Assembly: GCA_050115405.1 (NCBI GenBank)
Contig: JASFQO010000001.1
Location: 1-25,274, forward strand
DNA length: 25,274 bases
Direction: 5' to 3'
DNA from: Bacillota bacterium
GTDB taxonomy: Bacteria > Bacillota > UBA4882 > UBA8346
Position 1 is the stretch's first letter. Each line of letters opens with the position of its first letter. This document shows positions 1 to 9,191 of the stretch, piece by piece. A program made the position numbers and the translations under genes. The notes below the pieces were generated by a model. The model saw nothing but the letters and a program-made list of their open reading frames with translations. It ran no database searches and was not told where the DNA came from.

Positions 1-817
1 TTATGGTTAAGCGCGCCCCCTGCTAAAAAACGACCGGGGGTTGTTCGATCTCAATTATTGTGAGTGGATTGCCTTGGGCGTCCGCCGCCGCCCGCAGTAC
101 AGCCAGGTTTTCCCGGGTAATGACATAATTGGGATCGGCCGGATCACGGCAGACCTGGGTGATAATGACCCCCGGACGGGCAAAACAGGCGATATTGTCA
201 ATATGGCCGTCGGTATCGTCGCCATCCCAGCCGTGTTTGAGCCAGATGATTTTATTGACATTCAAACCACGGCGCAGCCAGGTTGCGATTGCTTCCCGAT
301 CCAGCGCTGGATTGCGGTTAGGATCAAGCAGGCATTCTTCCGTAGTTAATAATGTCCCGGCCCCGTCGACATGAAAAGAGCCCCCCTCCATGACCAGCGG
401 CAGGTTCAGACAGGGAAGGCGCAAATGGTTTAAAACCCGGGCGGCGACCCGATTATCTAATTCGTAGGGGAATTTACCGCCCCAGGCGTTAAAAATCCAG
501 TTAAGGCCCAGCAATTCGCCATGGCGGTTCCGCATAATGGTCGGGCCGCTATCACGCAACCAGGAATCGTTATAGTCCAGCGGTAATAGTTCAATATTGA
601 AGCCGCAAAAGGCGGCGGCCTGGGCGGCCAGTTCCGGCTTGACCACTAAAGTTACGGGTTCAAACCGGGCTATGGTATTGACGATCGCGGCATATGCCGG
701 CAGGATAGCGGCAAAAGGTTCCGGCCACAGCGCTTCCTTGACCGGCCACGCCATGATCGTCCGGGAATGGGTTCCCCATTCCGGCGGCATTTGAAAACCC
801 ATCTCCTTCGGAAACAT
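1..817 (-). pseudogene. aguA: Agmatine deiminase (peptidyl-arginine deiminase family), interrupted by an in-frame TAG at 25-23; the frame continues off the window edge
   Basis: Motifs WLRDSGP, EGGSFHVDGAGTLLTTEECLL and DTDGHIDNIACFARPG. RBS AAGGAG lies 7 nt before the ATG at 817. After the TAG the frame reads QGARLTI, matching the family xGxRLxxSYxNF segment. The family call is strong; pseudogene versus sequencing error versus readthrough is unresolved. Confidence 0.8.
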
Positions 818-1203
818 TAAGGCGCTCCTTGGATTGTTTTGTCGTAAATATTCAGGCCTAAGGAATTCAGAAGTATATCGATTATTATAAACTTTTGAGG
901 TTTGAAATACAATACTTTACTTTAATGAATTTTAAATAATGAGACAATAAGCGCAAATCGCCGATAACCGTCGCAATAAAAAATGTCAAAATTACCAGGG
1001 TGTTTTTTCCTGCCAAATAAAAAATAGGAAATATTTAATAAAAATGAAGGAAAATGTCGATAATTGGATAATATATAAAAAAAATGAAGGGATAAATAGA
1101 TGACAGAAAGGCGCGCTGTAAGAAGATTATCAAGGGAAAGATGAATGAAGTCAAATGATTTTACCAATACTGTAAGCATAAAAATATTGAAAGGTGGGAT
1201 CAT

Positions 1204-1413
1204 ATGGACCGGTTGGCTTTGATTTTAATGATTGTCGGCGCTTTGAATTGGTTTTTGATTGGGCTGTTCCGTTTTGATTTGGTGGCTAATCTTTTTGGGG
1301 GGCAAACAACGCTATTAAGTCGGTTAATCTATTCATTGGTGGGTGTGGCTGGTTTGTACAGTATCAGTTTTCTCTTTCGGGTACGGGAGGATAGCCACGA
1401 CGGGACGATTTAA
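1204..1413 (+). CDS. DUF378 family small membrane protein (YuzA-like)
   Basis: LMIVGALNWFLIGLFRFDLVANLFGG...IYSLVGVAGLY is the typical DUF378 pattern. AAAGGTGG RBS upstream. Confidence 0.9.
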   Translation: MDRLALILMIVGALNWFLIGLFRFDLVANLFGGQTTLLSRLIYSLVGVAGLYSISFLFRVREDSHDGTI

Positions 1414-1423
1414 TCGTCCCGTC
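1399..1423. repeat. Perfect 12-bp inverted repeat straddling the DUF378 stop codon; possible terminator or stabilising hairpin
   Basis: GACGGGACGATT-T-AATCGTCCCGTC. No strong U-tract follows. Confidence 0.5.
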
Positions 1424-1563
1424 TTAGCAATGGCTGAAGCTCAAAAGCGCTTTGGCGACTCAAAAATTGCCGGTCCCTCGTGTGGATTTTCCCCTGTTTG
1501 GCGCAAAAAACAAAAGATTTAACCTGACCAATGCGATTAAAAAATTCAAGGAGGCTGGTGAAA

Positions 1564-2010
1564 ATGGAAAAAGAAAAGCATACAATCATCATTTTAGTTG
1601 CCGATGACGACCCTGACGACCGTCTGCTGATCCAAGACGCCTTTAGCGAGTCCCGAATAATCAATCCTGTACATTTTGTCAATGATGGTCAAGAACTAAT
1701 CGATTACCTGAATCGTCGCCACAGATTTCAGAAATTGCAAAAATGCCCTTTGCCCGGCTTAATTCTGTTAGATTTGAATATGCCGCGTAAAAACGGGATG
1801 GAAGCTTTAAAAGAGATAAAATCAAATTCCAAACACCGCTGTATTCCGGTAGTAGTCTTTACTACCTCCAAAGCCGAAGAAGACGTCTTCCAAACTTATG
1901 ATCTGGGGGTGAATTCCTTTGTGACCAAACCGGTCAACTTTGATAAAATGGTTGATTTAATGGAAACCATTTCGAAATATTGGTTTGAAATTGTGGAATT
2001 ACCGCAATAA
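1564..2010 (+). CDS. Single-domain response regulator, Rcp1/CheY-like
   Basis: VADDDPDD, LILLDLNMPRKNG (phospho-Asp), FTTS and FVTKP, with a C-terminal YWFEIVELP typical of Rcp1-type regulators. GGAGG at 1550-1554 supports ATG 1564 over 1531. Confidence 0.9.
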   Translation: MEKEKHTIIILVADDDPDDRLLIQDAFSESRIINPVHFVNDGQELIDYLNRRHRFQKLQKCPLPGLILLDLNMPRKNGMEALKEIKSNSKHRCIPVVVFTTSKAEEDVFQTYDLGVNSFVTKPVNFDKMVDLMETISKYWFEIVELPQ

Positions 2011-2182
2011 GAGTATCTAGTAAAGCGTCACGTAAAATGTTATGGCCAAAGTAACAGCAAATCCGCTCTATAATAGCAATTTATCTTTTGGAAATCTTAC
2101 AAGTCATTTAAGTGACGATATACTCGTAATGTTAGTTGGGATTTATTTCATACTATCTATATTAACGATGGAGGCGATACTG

Positions 2183-4297
2183 TTGCCTAACCCGGATTTA
2201 TTGCGAATCTTAATTATTGATGATGATGAAGACGATTATCTGATAATCCGTGATTTACTGTTGGAAGTCACGGAAGTTAGATATCAAATTGATTGGGTTG
2301 ACAACTATAAGAAAGCCTTGCAAATCATCAATGAAAAAAATTATGATAGTTGCCTTTTGGACCTGCGTTTGGGAAAATATAGCGGTTTGGAGCTTTTACG
2401 TGAGATTGTCAAGGTTAAATACCGGATGCCGGTAATTTTGTTAACCGGAATCAAAAATCACGCCATCGATGTCGAAGCGATGAACAGCGGAGCGGTTGAT
2501 TTTCTGATTAAGGGTGAAGTTAATGCGGTAATTTTGGAACGGTCAATTCGTTATTCGATCGAACGAAAAAAAATGGAAGAAGTCTTGTATAATGAGAAGG
2601 AACGGGTTCAAGTCACTCTGGATTCGATTGGCGATGCGGTAATTACTGCCGATAACGAAGGGAAAATTACTTATTTGAATCAAATTGCCACCAAGCTTAC
2701 AGGTTGGGATTCCGAAACGGCATGGCGTTTACCATTAACTCACGTGTTTAAAGTGGTAGCGGAAGATACTTTGAAAAAATTTTACGATTTAATCAAAACG
2801 GTTATAGTTGCGGACCAGGTTATCGATTTTTCCGATCAGGCTTTGTTGGTAAGCCGGACCGGACAGAGTTATGCCATTGAAGGGAGCGCATCACCCATCC
2901 ATGACCGGGAAAACCGGGTGGGCGGGATTGTCATTGCTTTTCGCGATGTGACCGCAACCCGGGAAATGTCTAAAAAAATTAGTTATCAAGCGAGTCATGA
3001 TGGCTTAACCGGTTTAATCAATCGGGTTAAACTTGAAGAAGAATTAAACCTGGCCCTGATGGATACGAAAGTTTTAAAAATTGAGCATTGTCTGTTATAT
3101 TTAGATTTAGACCGTTTCAAACTGGTTAATGATACCTGTGGACATTTGGCAGGCGACCAATTATTGAAACAAGTTACCGCATTAATTCAAGGAAAAATTC
3201 GCTGTACGGATATTTTTGCCCGAATGGGCGGCGACGAATTTGCCATTTTATTACATAATTGCCCATTGACCCGCGCTAATGAAATTGCCGGTGATATTTG
3301 CAGTTCGATTTATAATTTTCAATTCATCTACCAAGACTACGAATTTAATATTGGCGTTAGTATTGGGATAGTCTCCATTAACGTCGACAGCCCCGGCTTG
3401 GATCGCATCTTATGCAATGCGGACGAAGCTTGTTATTTAGCCAAAGATAAAGGGGGTAACGGGTATTATGATTATCACGGCAAACACCAGGAGAATGTAA
3501 CCAAACAAAATGAATTGTTGTGGATTATGAATATTAACCGGGCGTTTGCTAATAATCTGTTTCGACTTCACCAGCAACCATTAATCCCTTTAACAATGGA
3601 AGACTCATGTTTTCATTATGAATTGCTAATTCGGATTGTGAATGAAAAGGACCAACTTTTTCTGCCGCAAAATTTCTTACCCACAGCTACCCGGTATAAA
3701 CTGATGGCGGCGATCGACCGCTGGGTAGTCAAAAGTTATTTTGCTTTTTACCGGCAAAAATTGGTGAATTACAATCATATTGGCTCTTATATCTGTAATA
3801 TTAATCTCTCCGGCGCTTTCTTGAATGATGAAACATCATTGGAATTTCTGCTCGAACAGATTGAATATTATCAGATTCCCACGTCGCATCTTTGTTTTGA
3901 AATTACCGAAACAATTGCGATTGCCAACTTTAATCAGGTAATTGCCTTTGTGGAACATTTAAAAACGCGGGGGTGCAGTTTTGCTTTGGACGACTTTGGC
4001 AATGGTTTGGCAACTTTTAACTATCTTAAAAATTTACCGGTGGATTTTGTCAAAATCGACGGCTCTTTTGTCCGTAATATTTTAATTAATCCAATTGATT
4101 GCGCCATAGTTGATTCCATTAATCAAATCGCTCATTTAATGAAGATCAAGACCGTCGCCGAATTTGTCGAGAGTGAAGCCATTTTTCATAAGTTAAAGGA
4201 AATTGGCGTTGATTATGTTCAAGGTTATTGGATTGACCAACCCAAACCGTTGGAAATATTAGCAATACCATACTCGGTAAAGCTTACAGCAATTTAA
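2183..4297 (+). CDS. REC-PAS-GGDEF-EAL diguanylate cyclase/phosphodiesterase
   Basis: REC: IIDDDEDD, LLDLRL, LLTG, FLIKG. PAS: TLDSIGDAVIT...IEGSASPI. GGDEF: ASHDGLTGLINR, DLDRFKLVNDTCGH, RCTDIFARMGGDEF (RxxD I-site present). EAL: YELLIR, FEITET, LDDFG, KIDGSFV, AEFVE, QGY. GGAGG at 2170-2174 supports TTG 2183; the ORF track starts at 2042. Confidence 0.92.
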   Translation: MPNPDLLRILIIDDDEDDYLIIRDLLLEVTEVRYQIDWVDNYKKALQIINEKNYDSCLLDLRLGKYSGLELLREIVKVKYRMPVILLTGIKNHAIDVEAMNSGAVDFLIKGEVNAVILERSIRYSIERKKMEEVLYNEKERVQVTLDSIGDAVITADNEGKITYLNQIATKLTGWDSETAWRLPLTHVFKVVAEDTLKKFYDLIKTVIVADQVIDFSDQALLVSRTGQSYAIEGSASPIHDRENRVGGIVIAFRDVTATREMSKKISYQASHDGLTGLINRVKLEEELNLALMDTKVLKIEHCLLYLDLDRFKLVNDTCGHLAGDQLLKQVTALIQGKIRCTDIFARMGGDEFAILLHNCPLTRANEIAGDICSSIYNFQFIYQDYEFNIGVSIGIVSINVDSPGLDRILCNADEACYLAKDKGGNGYYDYHGKHQENVTKQNELLWIMNINRAFANNLFRLHQQPLIPLTMEDSCFHYELLIRIVNEKDQLFLPQNFLPTATRYKLMAAIDRWVVKSYFAFYRQKLVNYNHIGSYICNINLSGAFLNDETSLEFLLEQIEYYQIPTSHLCFEITETIAIANFNQVIAFVEHLKTRGCSFALDDFGNGLATFNYLKNLPVDFVKIDGSFVRNILINPIDCAIVDSINQIAHLMKIKTVAEFVESEAIFHKLKEIGVDYVQGYWIDQPKPLEILAIPYSVKLTAI

Positions 4298-4308
4298 ATA
4301 AATTTCAA

Positions 4309-4363
4309 GGTAGTAGGTGGTAAAATGGCTTTTCCCATTTTACCATCAACTGCCGTTCTTTTT
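4309..4363 (+). terminator. Long hairpin between the convergent GGDEF-EAL gene and menG
   Basis: TGGTAAAATGG (4318-4328), loop CTTTTC, CCATTTTACCA (4335-4345). The stem extends with G-U pairs to 4309/4354 and is followed by GTTCTTTTT. Confidence 0.65.
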
Positions 4364-5071
4364 GACGCCTACGGACACCGCGGCAATTCCGCAGGTTAAT
4401 AAGTGGGTTTTAACACCTATTATACCGTTATTTTCAAACAATCGGGACAGTTCATTTTGCCGGTTGAATTGGATGATTGACTGATAAAGATATTGATAGG
4501 CCGACTCATTATGGGCGACCCATTTACCCAATCGTGGAATAATCGTGGCCAAATAAAGCCGGTAAAGTTCTTTGAAGAACGGAAGCTGAGGCTCGGCTAT
4601 TTCCAGAGCGATTATTTTTTTACCCGGTTTAACCACTCGGCGCATTTCCGCCAATACCCGGCGCGGTTCGGGCACATTACGCAAACCATAGCCAATGACG
4701 GCGCAGTCGAAGACATCGTCCGGAAAAGGGAGGGTGTTGGCATTACCCTGTATCAGCCGGAAAGAACTTTTCGAGCGGAGGGTATCCAAACGGCGCCGGG
4801 CGATTTTTAACATGTTGGGCGCCAGATCCAAGCCAATGATTCTTCCGTTGGGTTGGGTTTTTTGCATTAAGAGGCCGGTCAGGGAGCCGGTGCCGCAGCA
4901 GACATCCAAGGCCACCGCGCCGGGTTGCAACCCGGTTTGGGATACGGCAAATTTACTCCAGCAATGGTGGAGACCGAAACTCATCAGGGTATTCAGCCGG
5001 TCGTAATGTTCGGCGATGGCGTCAAACATTTCTTTAATGATTACGGGGTTTTTACCCACATCGCCACGCAT
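4346..5071 (-). CDS. menG: Demethylmenaquinone methyltransferase (MenG/UbiE family)
   Basis: MFDAIAEHYDRLNTLMSFGLH, LDVCCGTG (SAM motif I), GNANTLPFPDDVFD, GYGLRNV, EMRRVVKPG, AYQYLYQSI. AAAGGA RBS lies 7 nt before ATG 5071. Confidence 0.9.
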   Translation of the reverse strand: MRGDVGKNPVIIKEMFDAIAEHYDRLNTLMSFGLHHCWSKFAVSQTGLQPGAVALDVCCGTGSLTGLLMQKTQPNGRIIGLDLAPNMLKIARRRLDTLRSKSSFRLIQGNANTLPFPDDVFDCAVIGYGLRNVPEPRRVLAEMRRVVKPGKKIIALEIAEPQLPFFKELYRLYLATIIPRLGKWVAHNESAYQYLYQSIIQFNRQNELSRLFENNGIIGVKTHLLTCGIAAVSVGVKKNGS

Positions 5072-5235
5072 CACAATTTCCTTTTTATCTTTAGCATCTC
5101 CGGTTTTCAATCAGAATACATAAGTATTTGAATAATTTAAAAATGTTACTTTAAAATTGGAGAATAATGGTTCTGAAATAACGTCATTTATGGTAAAATA
5201 ACAATAGTAGATCTCCCTTCAAAGGAGTGGTGTTA

Positions 5236-6996
5236 ATGAGTGGTGGTTTACATAACCGCTTGGAAACTTATCTGTGGCGCGGGGGTGAAAAAATTGCAGT
5301 GGAGCAAGTCGAAGATCAGTTTACAGTTATTCCGGCTACCGAAGAAATTTTAGAAAAAATCCGGCGCCTGCCCGGGGTGGAACGGGTTAAAAAAGTGCAG
5401 CATCAGTTATATCAAGTCCGCACCAGTCCGGCGGGACGGGATGCAACCATGAATTTTTTGCGGCTGACAATGGGCAATATCCTTGTCCATCACGTCTACC
5501 GTCCCAAAGGGGTCGAGGGCACGATTTATTATTTGACTGATAAGGTGATGGTCAAGTTTGTCCCGGACTGCACTAATGGCCACGTTGAAACCTTATTGGA
5601 AAAATACAAACTGAAAGTAGTCAAATCTTACGAAAAATTACCGCAAACCTTTTTGTTACAGGTAACCGCCACGAGCGGCTGTAGCGGAGGCCGCCAAACG
5701 GCGTCGGCCCGGGATTCGGCGCAACACAAATTTTCCGGCAAGTCCAATATGGCGGAACGGTCCAATCCCCTGGTGGTCGCCAATCAGTTGGCGGAAGAAT
5801 TCATTGTGGCTTGGGCGGAACCAAATTTAATCAACCGGTTTCGTCCGGCGTATCAACCTCCTGACCCTTATTTCAAACGGCAATGGCATTTGTATTCGGA
5901 GTCGGGGCCGCAATTGGACGCCACCGCTTCGGTCAACGCTCCTGAAGCTTGGGATATCTCACAGGGAGAACGGCTAGTGGTCTTAGCAGTCATTGATGAC
6001 GGTTTTGATCTGGAACATCCTGATTTTAAGGCGGACGGCAAAATTGTCTTTCCCAAAGATTATGTTGATGGTGACGCTCATCCCTTTCCGGAAGCGGAAA
6101 ATGGCGATTATCACGGGACGCCTTGCGCCGGAGTGGCTTTAGCCGAAATCAACGGGCAAGGTTCGGTGGGAGTAGCGCCGGGTTGCGCGTTTATGCCGGT
6201 ACGGTTTTCGTTAAGCGCCGCAGATGACCTGTTGGTGGATATTTTCATGGATACGGCCGGCCATGCCGATGTCATCTCCTGCAGTTGGGGACCACCGCCC
6301 GTATATAACCCGTTGCCTTCGGTTTTGAATGAACTTTTTAACGAAATGACAACTACCGGAGGCCCCCATGGCCTGGGGGTGGTCTTGGTATTTGCGGCGG
6401 GTAATTTTGATGCGCCTCTCAACCACGGGGGTTTTTCCAAGGGTTTTGAGTGGCTGGATTATAACACCGGAAAAGCGCGCAAAACTACCGGACGGATTTT
6501 AAACGGGTTTGCGGCGCATCCCCGGGTAATCGCGGCGGCGGCTTCAACCAGTTTAAACCGGCATGCGGCTTATAGCAATTGGGGAGAGGAAATTAGCATA
6601 GCGGCCCCAAGTAATAATTTCCACCCGCTCAACTTGAATGAATATGTGCCGGGCCGGGGAATTTGGACAATCGATAATGAACGCTACGGACTCGGGTTTA
6701 CCAGGGAAAGCAGTTTTACAGGCGACTTCGGCGGCACTTCCAGCGCCGCCCCGCTGGTGGCCGGGATTGCCGCATTGGTCCGATCGGTCAACCCTGCTTT
6801 GACCGCCCTGGAAGTGAAAGAGCTTTTGCAACAGACAGCCGATAAGATTAACGATACGAACCTGGATCAAATTTTAAAGACTAATCGGGGACAGTACGAT
6901 CAGAACGGTCGCTGCGACTGGTTCGGTTATGGTAAGGTTAATGCCGCCAAGGCAGTCCGGGAGGCATTACGGCGGAAAACTGAAAAAATGGGGTGA
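5236..6996 (+). CDS. S8 subtilisin-like serine protease resembling cyanobacterial Ca-dependent protease PrcA, without the C-terminal P domain
   Basis: Catalytic triad in VIDDGFD, HGTPCAGVA and FGGTSSAAP. Also DVISCSWGPP, FAAGN (oxyanion Asn) and FGYGKVNA. N-terminal prodomain and no obvious signal peptide. AAAGGAG RBS supports ATG 5236. Confidence 0.9.
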   Translation: MSGGLHNRLETYLWRGGEKIAVEQVEDQFTVIPATEEILEKIRRLPGVERVKKVQHQLYQVRTSPAGRDATMNFLRLTMGNILVHHVYRPKGVEGTIYYLTDKVMVKFVPDCTNGHVETLLEKYKLKVVKSYEKLPQTFLLQVTATSGCSGGRQTASARDSAQHKFSGKSNMAERSNPLVVANQLAEEFIVAWAEPNLINRFRPAYQPPDPYFKRQWHLYSESGPQLDATASVNAPEAWDISQGERLVVLAVIDDGFDLEHPDFKADGKIVFPKDYVDGDAHPFPEAENGDYHGTPCAGVALAEINGQGSVGVAPGCAFMPVRFSLSAADDLLVDIFMDTAGHADVISCSWGPPPVYNPLPSVLNELFNEMTTTGGPHGLGVVLVFAAGNFDAPLNHGGFSKGFEWLDYNTGKARKTTGRILNGFAAHPRVIAAAASTSLNRHAAYSNWGEEISIAAPSNNFHPLNLNEYVPGRGIWTIDNERYGLGFTRESSFTGDFGGTSSAAPLVAGIAALVRSVNPALTALEVKELLQQTADKINDTNLDQILKTNRGQYDQNGRCDWFGYGKVNAAKAVREALRRKTEKMG

Positions 6997-7087
6997 TTAT
7001 TACAAAATTGCCAAGATAGCGCTCCGGACCGGTCGCATAGTTGGTTAAGATGGTTTGCAATTAAAAAAATAGCGAAGGAGAATCCCA

Positions 7088-7450
7088 ATGTCGATTAATG
7101 CAGCTTTAAATTCTTTTCTAGGCAAAAACGGAGCGCCCCGCTTAAATTGCGCCCAAGCTATTTTGAAAACCTTTCAAACGGAATTCGGGGTTGAGGCGGC
7201 GGAATTGGAGAAGTTCGCGGCTTATGGAGGCGGAAACGCGCCGGATGGACTGTGCGGCGCATTTTATGCCGTGAAATATCTGGGTGAACAACAGCCGGGA
7301 TGGTTTGAATTAGCCTCATTTGAAAACTCATTCCGGGAAGAGGCGGGTTCGTTGCAATGCCGTGAAATTAAAGCAGCAAAAAAATTATCCTGTGCCGATT
7401 GTGTTACCAAGTGCGCCGCTTTTTTGGCGGAACATCGGCTTCCCTCCTAA
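7088..7450 (+). CDS. C_GCAxxG_C_C family putative redox-active protein
   Basis: LNCAQAI, YGGG...LCGA, GSLQCREIK, SCADC. AAGGAG RBS upstream. Confidence 0.85.
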   Translation: MSINAALNSFLGKNGAPRLNCAQAILKTFQTEFGVEAAELEKFAAYGGGNAPDGLCGAFYAVKYLGEQQPGWFELASFENSFREEAGSLQCREIKAAKKLSCADCVTKCAAFLAEHRLPS

Positions 7451-7475
7451 GCGGAACCAAAATAAGGCTCAGAAG

Positions 7476-7502
7476 TTAAAAGCCGGTTGATACCGGCTTT
7501 AA
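7476..7502. terminator. Bidirectional intrinsic terminator between convergent genes
   Basis: AAAGCCGGT-TGAT-ACCGGCTTT (7479-7500) with A/T-rich flanks. Confidence 0.75.
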
Positions 7503-7512
7503 TTGTCTACAA

Positions 7513-9132
7513 TTATTCCGCCGCCACCCCGCGCGGCGGGACAGGCAAAAATTGGATGTTGGGATTTTTCGCGGTAACGGCGCGAAAAGCCCATTCACTG
7601 CGAAACAAGGCCACCGGAAGGCCGAAATTATCCTCCAGTAACAGGTCTCCTTGGAGATTAACCGGCGAACGGGAAGTGAGCCCTTTACCCCAAAGCCAGC
7701 GGGCCATGATAAACGAAAGCGGTTGTAACCGGATTGCAACACCATATTCGGTGCGGAGCCGGTAGTCGAAGACTTCAAATTGTAGGGAACCGACCACTCC
7801 GATGATGAATGATTCAAAACCGCTATCCGGCTGGCGAAACAGTTGGACCGCGCCTTCCTGGGTTAACTCAGTGACGCCTTTGATAAATTGTTTACGTCTC
7901 ATGGTATCTTGCGGCTGGACGCGGGCGAACTGCTCCGGCGGGAAGACCGGAAAATCTTCAAAGCGTAATTTATGCGTTGCGCTGCAAAGAGTGTCGCCGA
8001 TCCCAAAAATGCCCGGATCAAACAGTCCAATGATATCGCCGGGATAGGCTTCTTCAATGATCGTCCGTTCCTGGGCCATGAATTGTTGCGGTTGCGCCAG
8101 TTTGACCGGTTTGCCGGTCTGCATGTGCCAGACGCTCATTCCCCGGGTAAATTTCCCGGAACAGATGCGGGCGAAAGCCAAGCGGTCCCGATGGGCCGGG
8201 TTCATATTGGCCTGGATCTTAAAGACAAAGGCGGAAAAAGCCTCGCTCGCCGGTTCCACCACGCCATCGGGGGTCAGGCGGGGGGCCGGGGGTGGAGCCA
8301 GACGTAAAAATTCCTCTAAAAAAGGGCGGACGCCGAAATTGGTCATGGCACTACCAAAAAACATGGGCGTCAGTTGCCCGGACTGCACGCGGCGGTAATC
8401 AAAGTTCTCACCGGCGGTATCTAAAAGTTCAATATCATTACAAAGCGCTTCATAACAATCTTTGCCGATAATTTCCGCAAACGCCGGGTCATTGACGCTA
8501 CCGACGGCCGAAGGGAGCGTCAACTGTCCGTGCATCCCGGAAACGTCAAACAGTTCAATTTGGGCCAATTGCCGATGGTAAACGCCCTGGTAGGAACCAT
8601 TAATGCCAATCGGCCAGTTCATGGGATAAGAAAAAATTCCCAGCACTTTTTCGATCTCTTCCATCAGTTCAAACGGGCTTTTGCCATGCCGGTCCAGTTT
8701 GTTGACAAATGTAAAAACCGGAATACCCCGTTGTTTACAGACTTTGAACAGTTTAATGGTTTGGGCTTCGACGCCCTTGGACCCATCGATCAACATCACG
8801 GCGCTATCCGCCGCCATCAAAGTTCGGTAGGTGTCCTCACTGAAGTCCTGGTGACCGGGGGTATCGAGAATGTTGATTTTATAACCTTCGTATTCAAACT
8901 GCAGCACACTCGAGGTTACCGAGATCCCGCGCTGCTTTTCAATATCCATCCAGTCGGAAACCGCATGTTTTTGAGCTTTACGGGCTTTAACGGAACCGGC
9001 CAAATGAATGGCGCCGCCATAAAGCAACAGTTTTTCGGTTAAGGTGGTTTTACCGGCGTCCGGATGCGAGATGATGGCGAAAGTCCGGCGCTGGTTGATT
9101 TCTGCTTTCAATTGCGTGGTGATGTCTGTCAA
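7513..9132 (-). CDS. prfC: Peptide chain release factor 3
   Basis: RRTFAIISHPDAGKTTLTEKLLLYGGAI, RGISVTSS, DTPGHQDFSEDTYR, NKLD, FKIQANMNPAHRDR, GVVGSLQFEV. GGAGG lies 8 nt before TTG 9132. The promoter at 9163-9191 argues against the 9180 start. Confidence 0.97.
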   Translation of the reverse strand: MTDITTQLKAEINQRRTFAIISHPDAGKTTLTEKLLLYGGAIHLAGSVKARKAQKHAVSDWMDIEKQRGISVTSSVLQFEYEGYKINILDTPGHQDFSEDTYRTLMAADSAVMLIDGSKGVEAQTIKLFKVCKQRGIPVFTFVNKLDRHGKSPFELMEEIEKVLGIFSYPMNWPIGINGSYQGVYHRQLAQIELFDVSGMHGQLTLPSAVGSVNDPAFAEIIGKDCYEALCNDIELLDTAGENFDYRRVQSGQLTPMFFGSAMTNFGVRPFLEEFLRLAPPPAPRLTPDGVVEPASEAFSAFVFKIQANMNPAHRDRLAFARICSGKFTRGMSVWHMQTGKPVKLAQPQQFMAQERTIIEEAYPGDIIGLFDPGIFGIGDTLCSATHKLRFEDFPVFPPEQFARVQPQDTMRRKQFIKGVTELTQEGAVQLFRQPDSGFESFIIGVVGSLQFEVFDYRLRTEYGVAIRLQPLSFIMARWLWGKGLTSRSPVNLQGDLLLEDNFGLPVALFRSEWAFRAVTAKNPNIQFLPVPPRGVAAE

Positions 9133-9162
9133 TTCTAAATCCTCCATTCCTCCATTCAATAT

Positions 9163-9191
9163 ATTATAGCTTAGAACCATTGATCGGGCAA
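9163..9191 (-). promoter_or_regulatory. Sigma-A/70 promoter of prfC
   Basis: Minus strand TTGCCC-N17-TATAAT. Confidence 0.6.

Noticed and set aside
23-25. Genome-wide TAG reassignment (alternative genetic code)
   Set aside because: TAG ends pbpC (17994-17996) and the SGNH-CBM2 gene (23019-23017) at natural domain ends. Only one in-frame TAG was seen.
922-1203. 93-aa minus-strand ORF in the aguA-DUF378 intergenic region
   Set aside because: AT-rich, F/I/L-biased translation with no recognisable motif; it overlaps the expected promoter regions.
8530-9042. 170-aa antisense ORF within prfC, and similar shadow ORFs within the alpha-2-macroglobulin gene, pbpC, MFS and mocR
   Set aside because: Each lies wholly on top of a well-supported gene and has no motifs. 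Long antisense frames are expected from codon bias.
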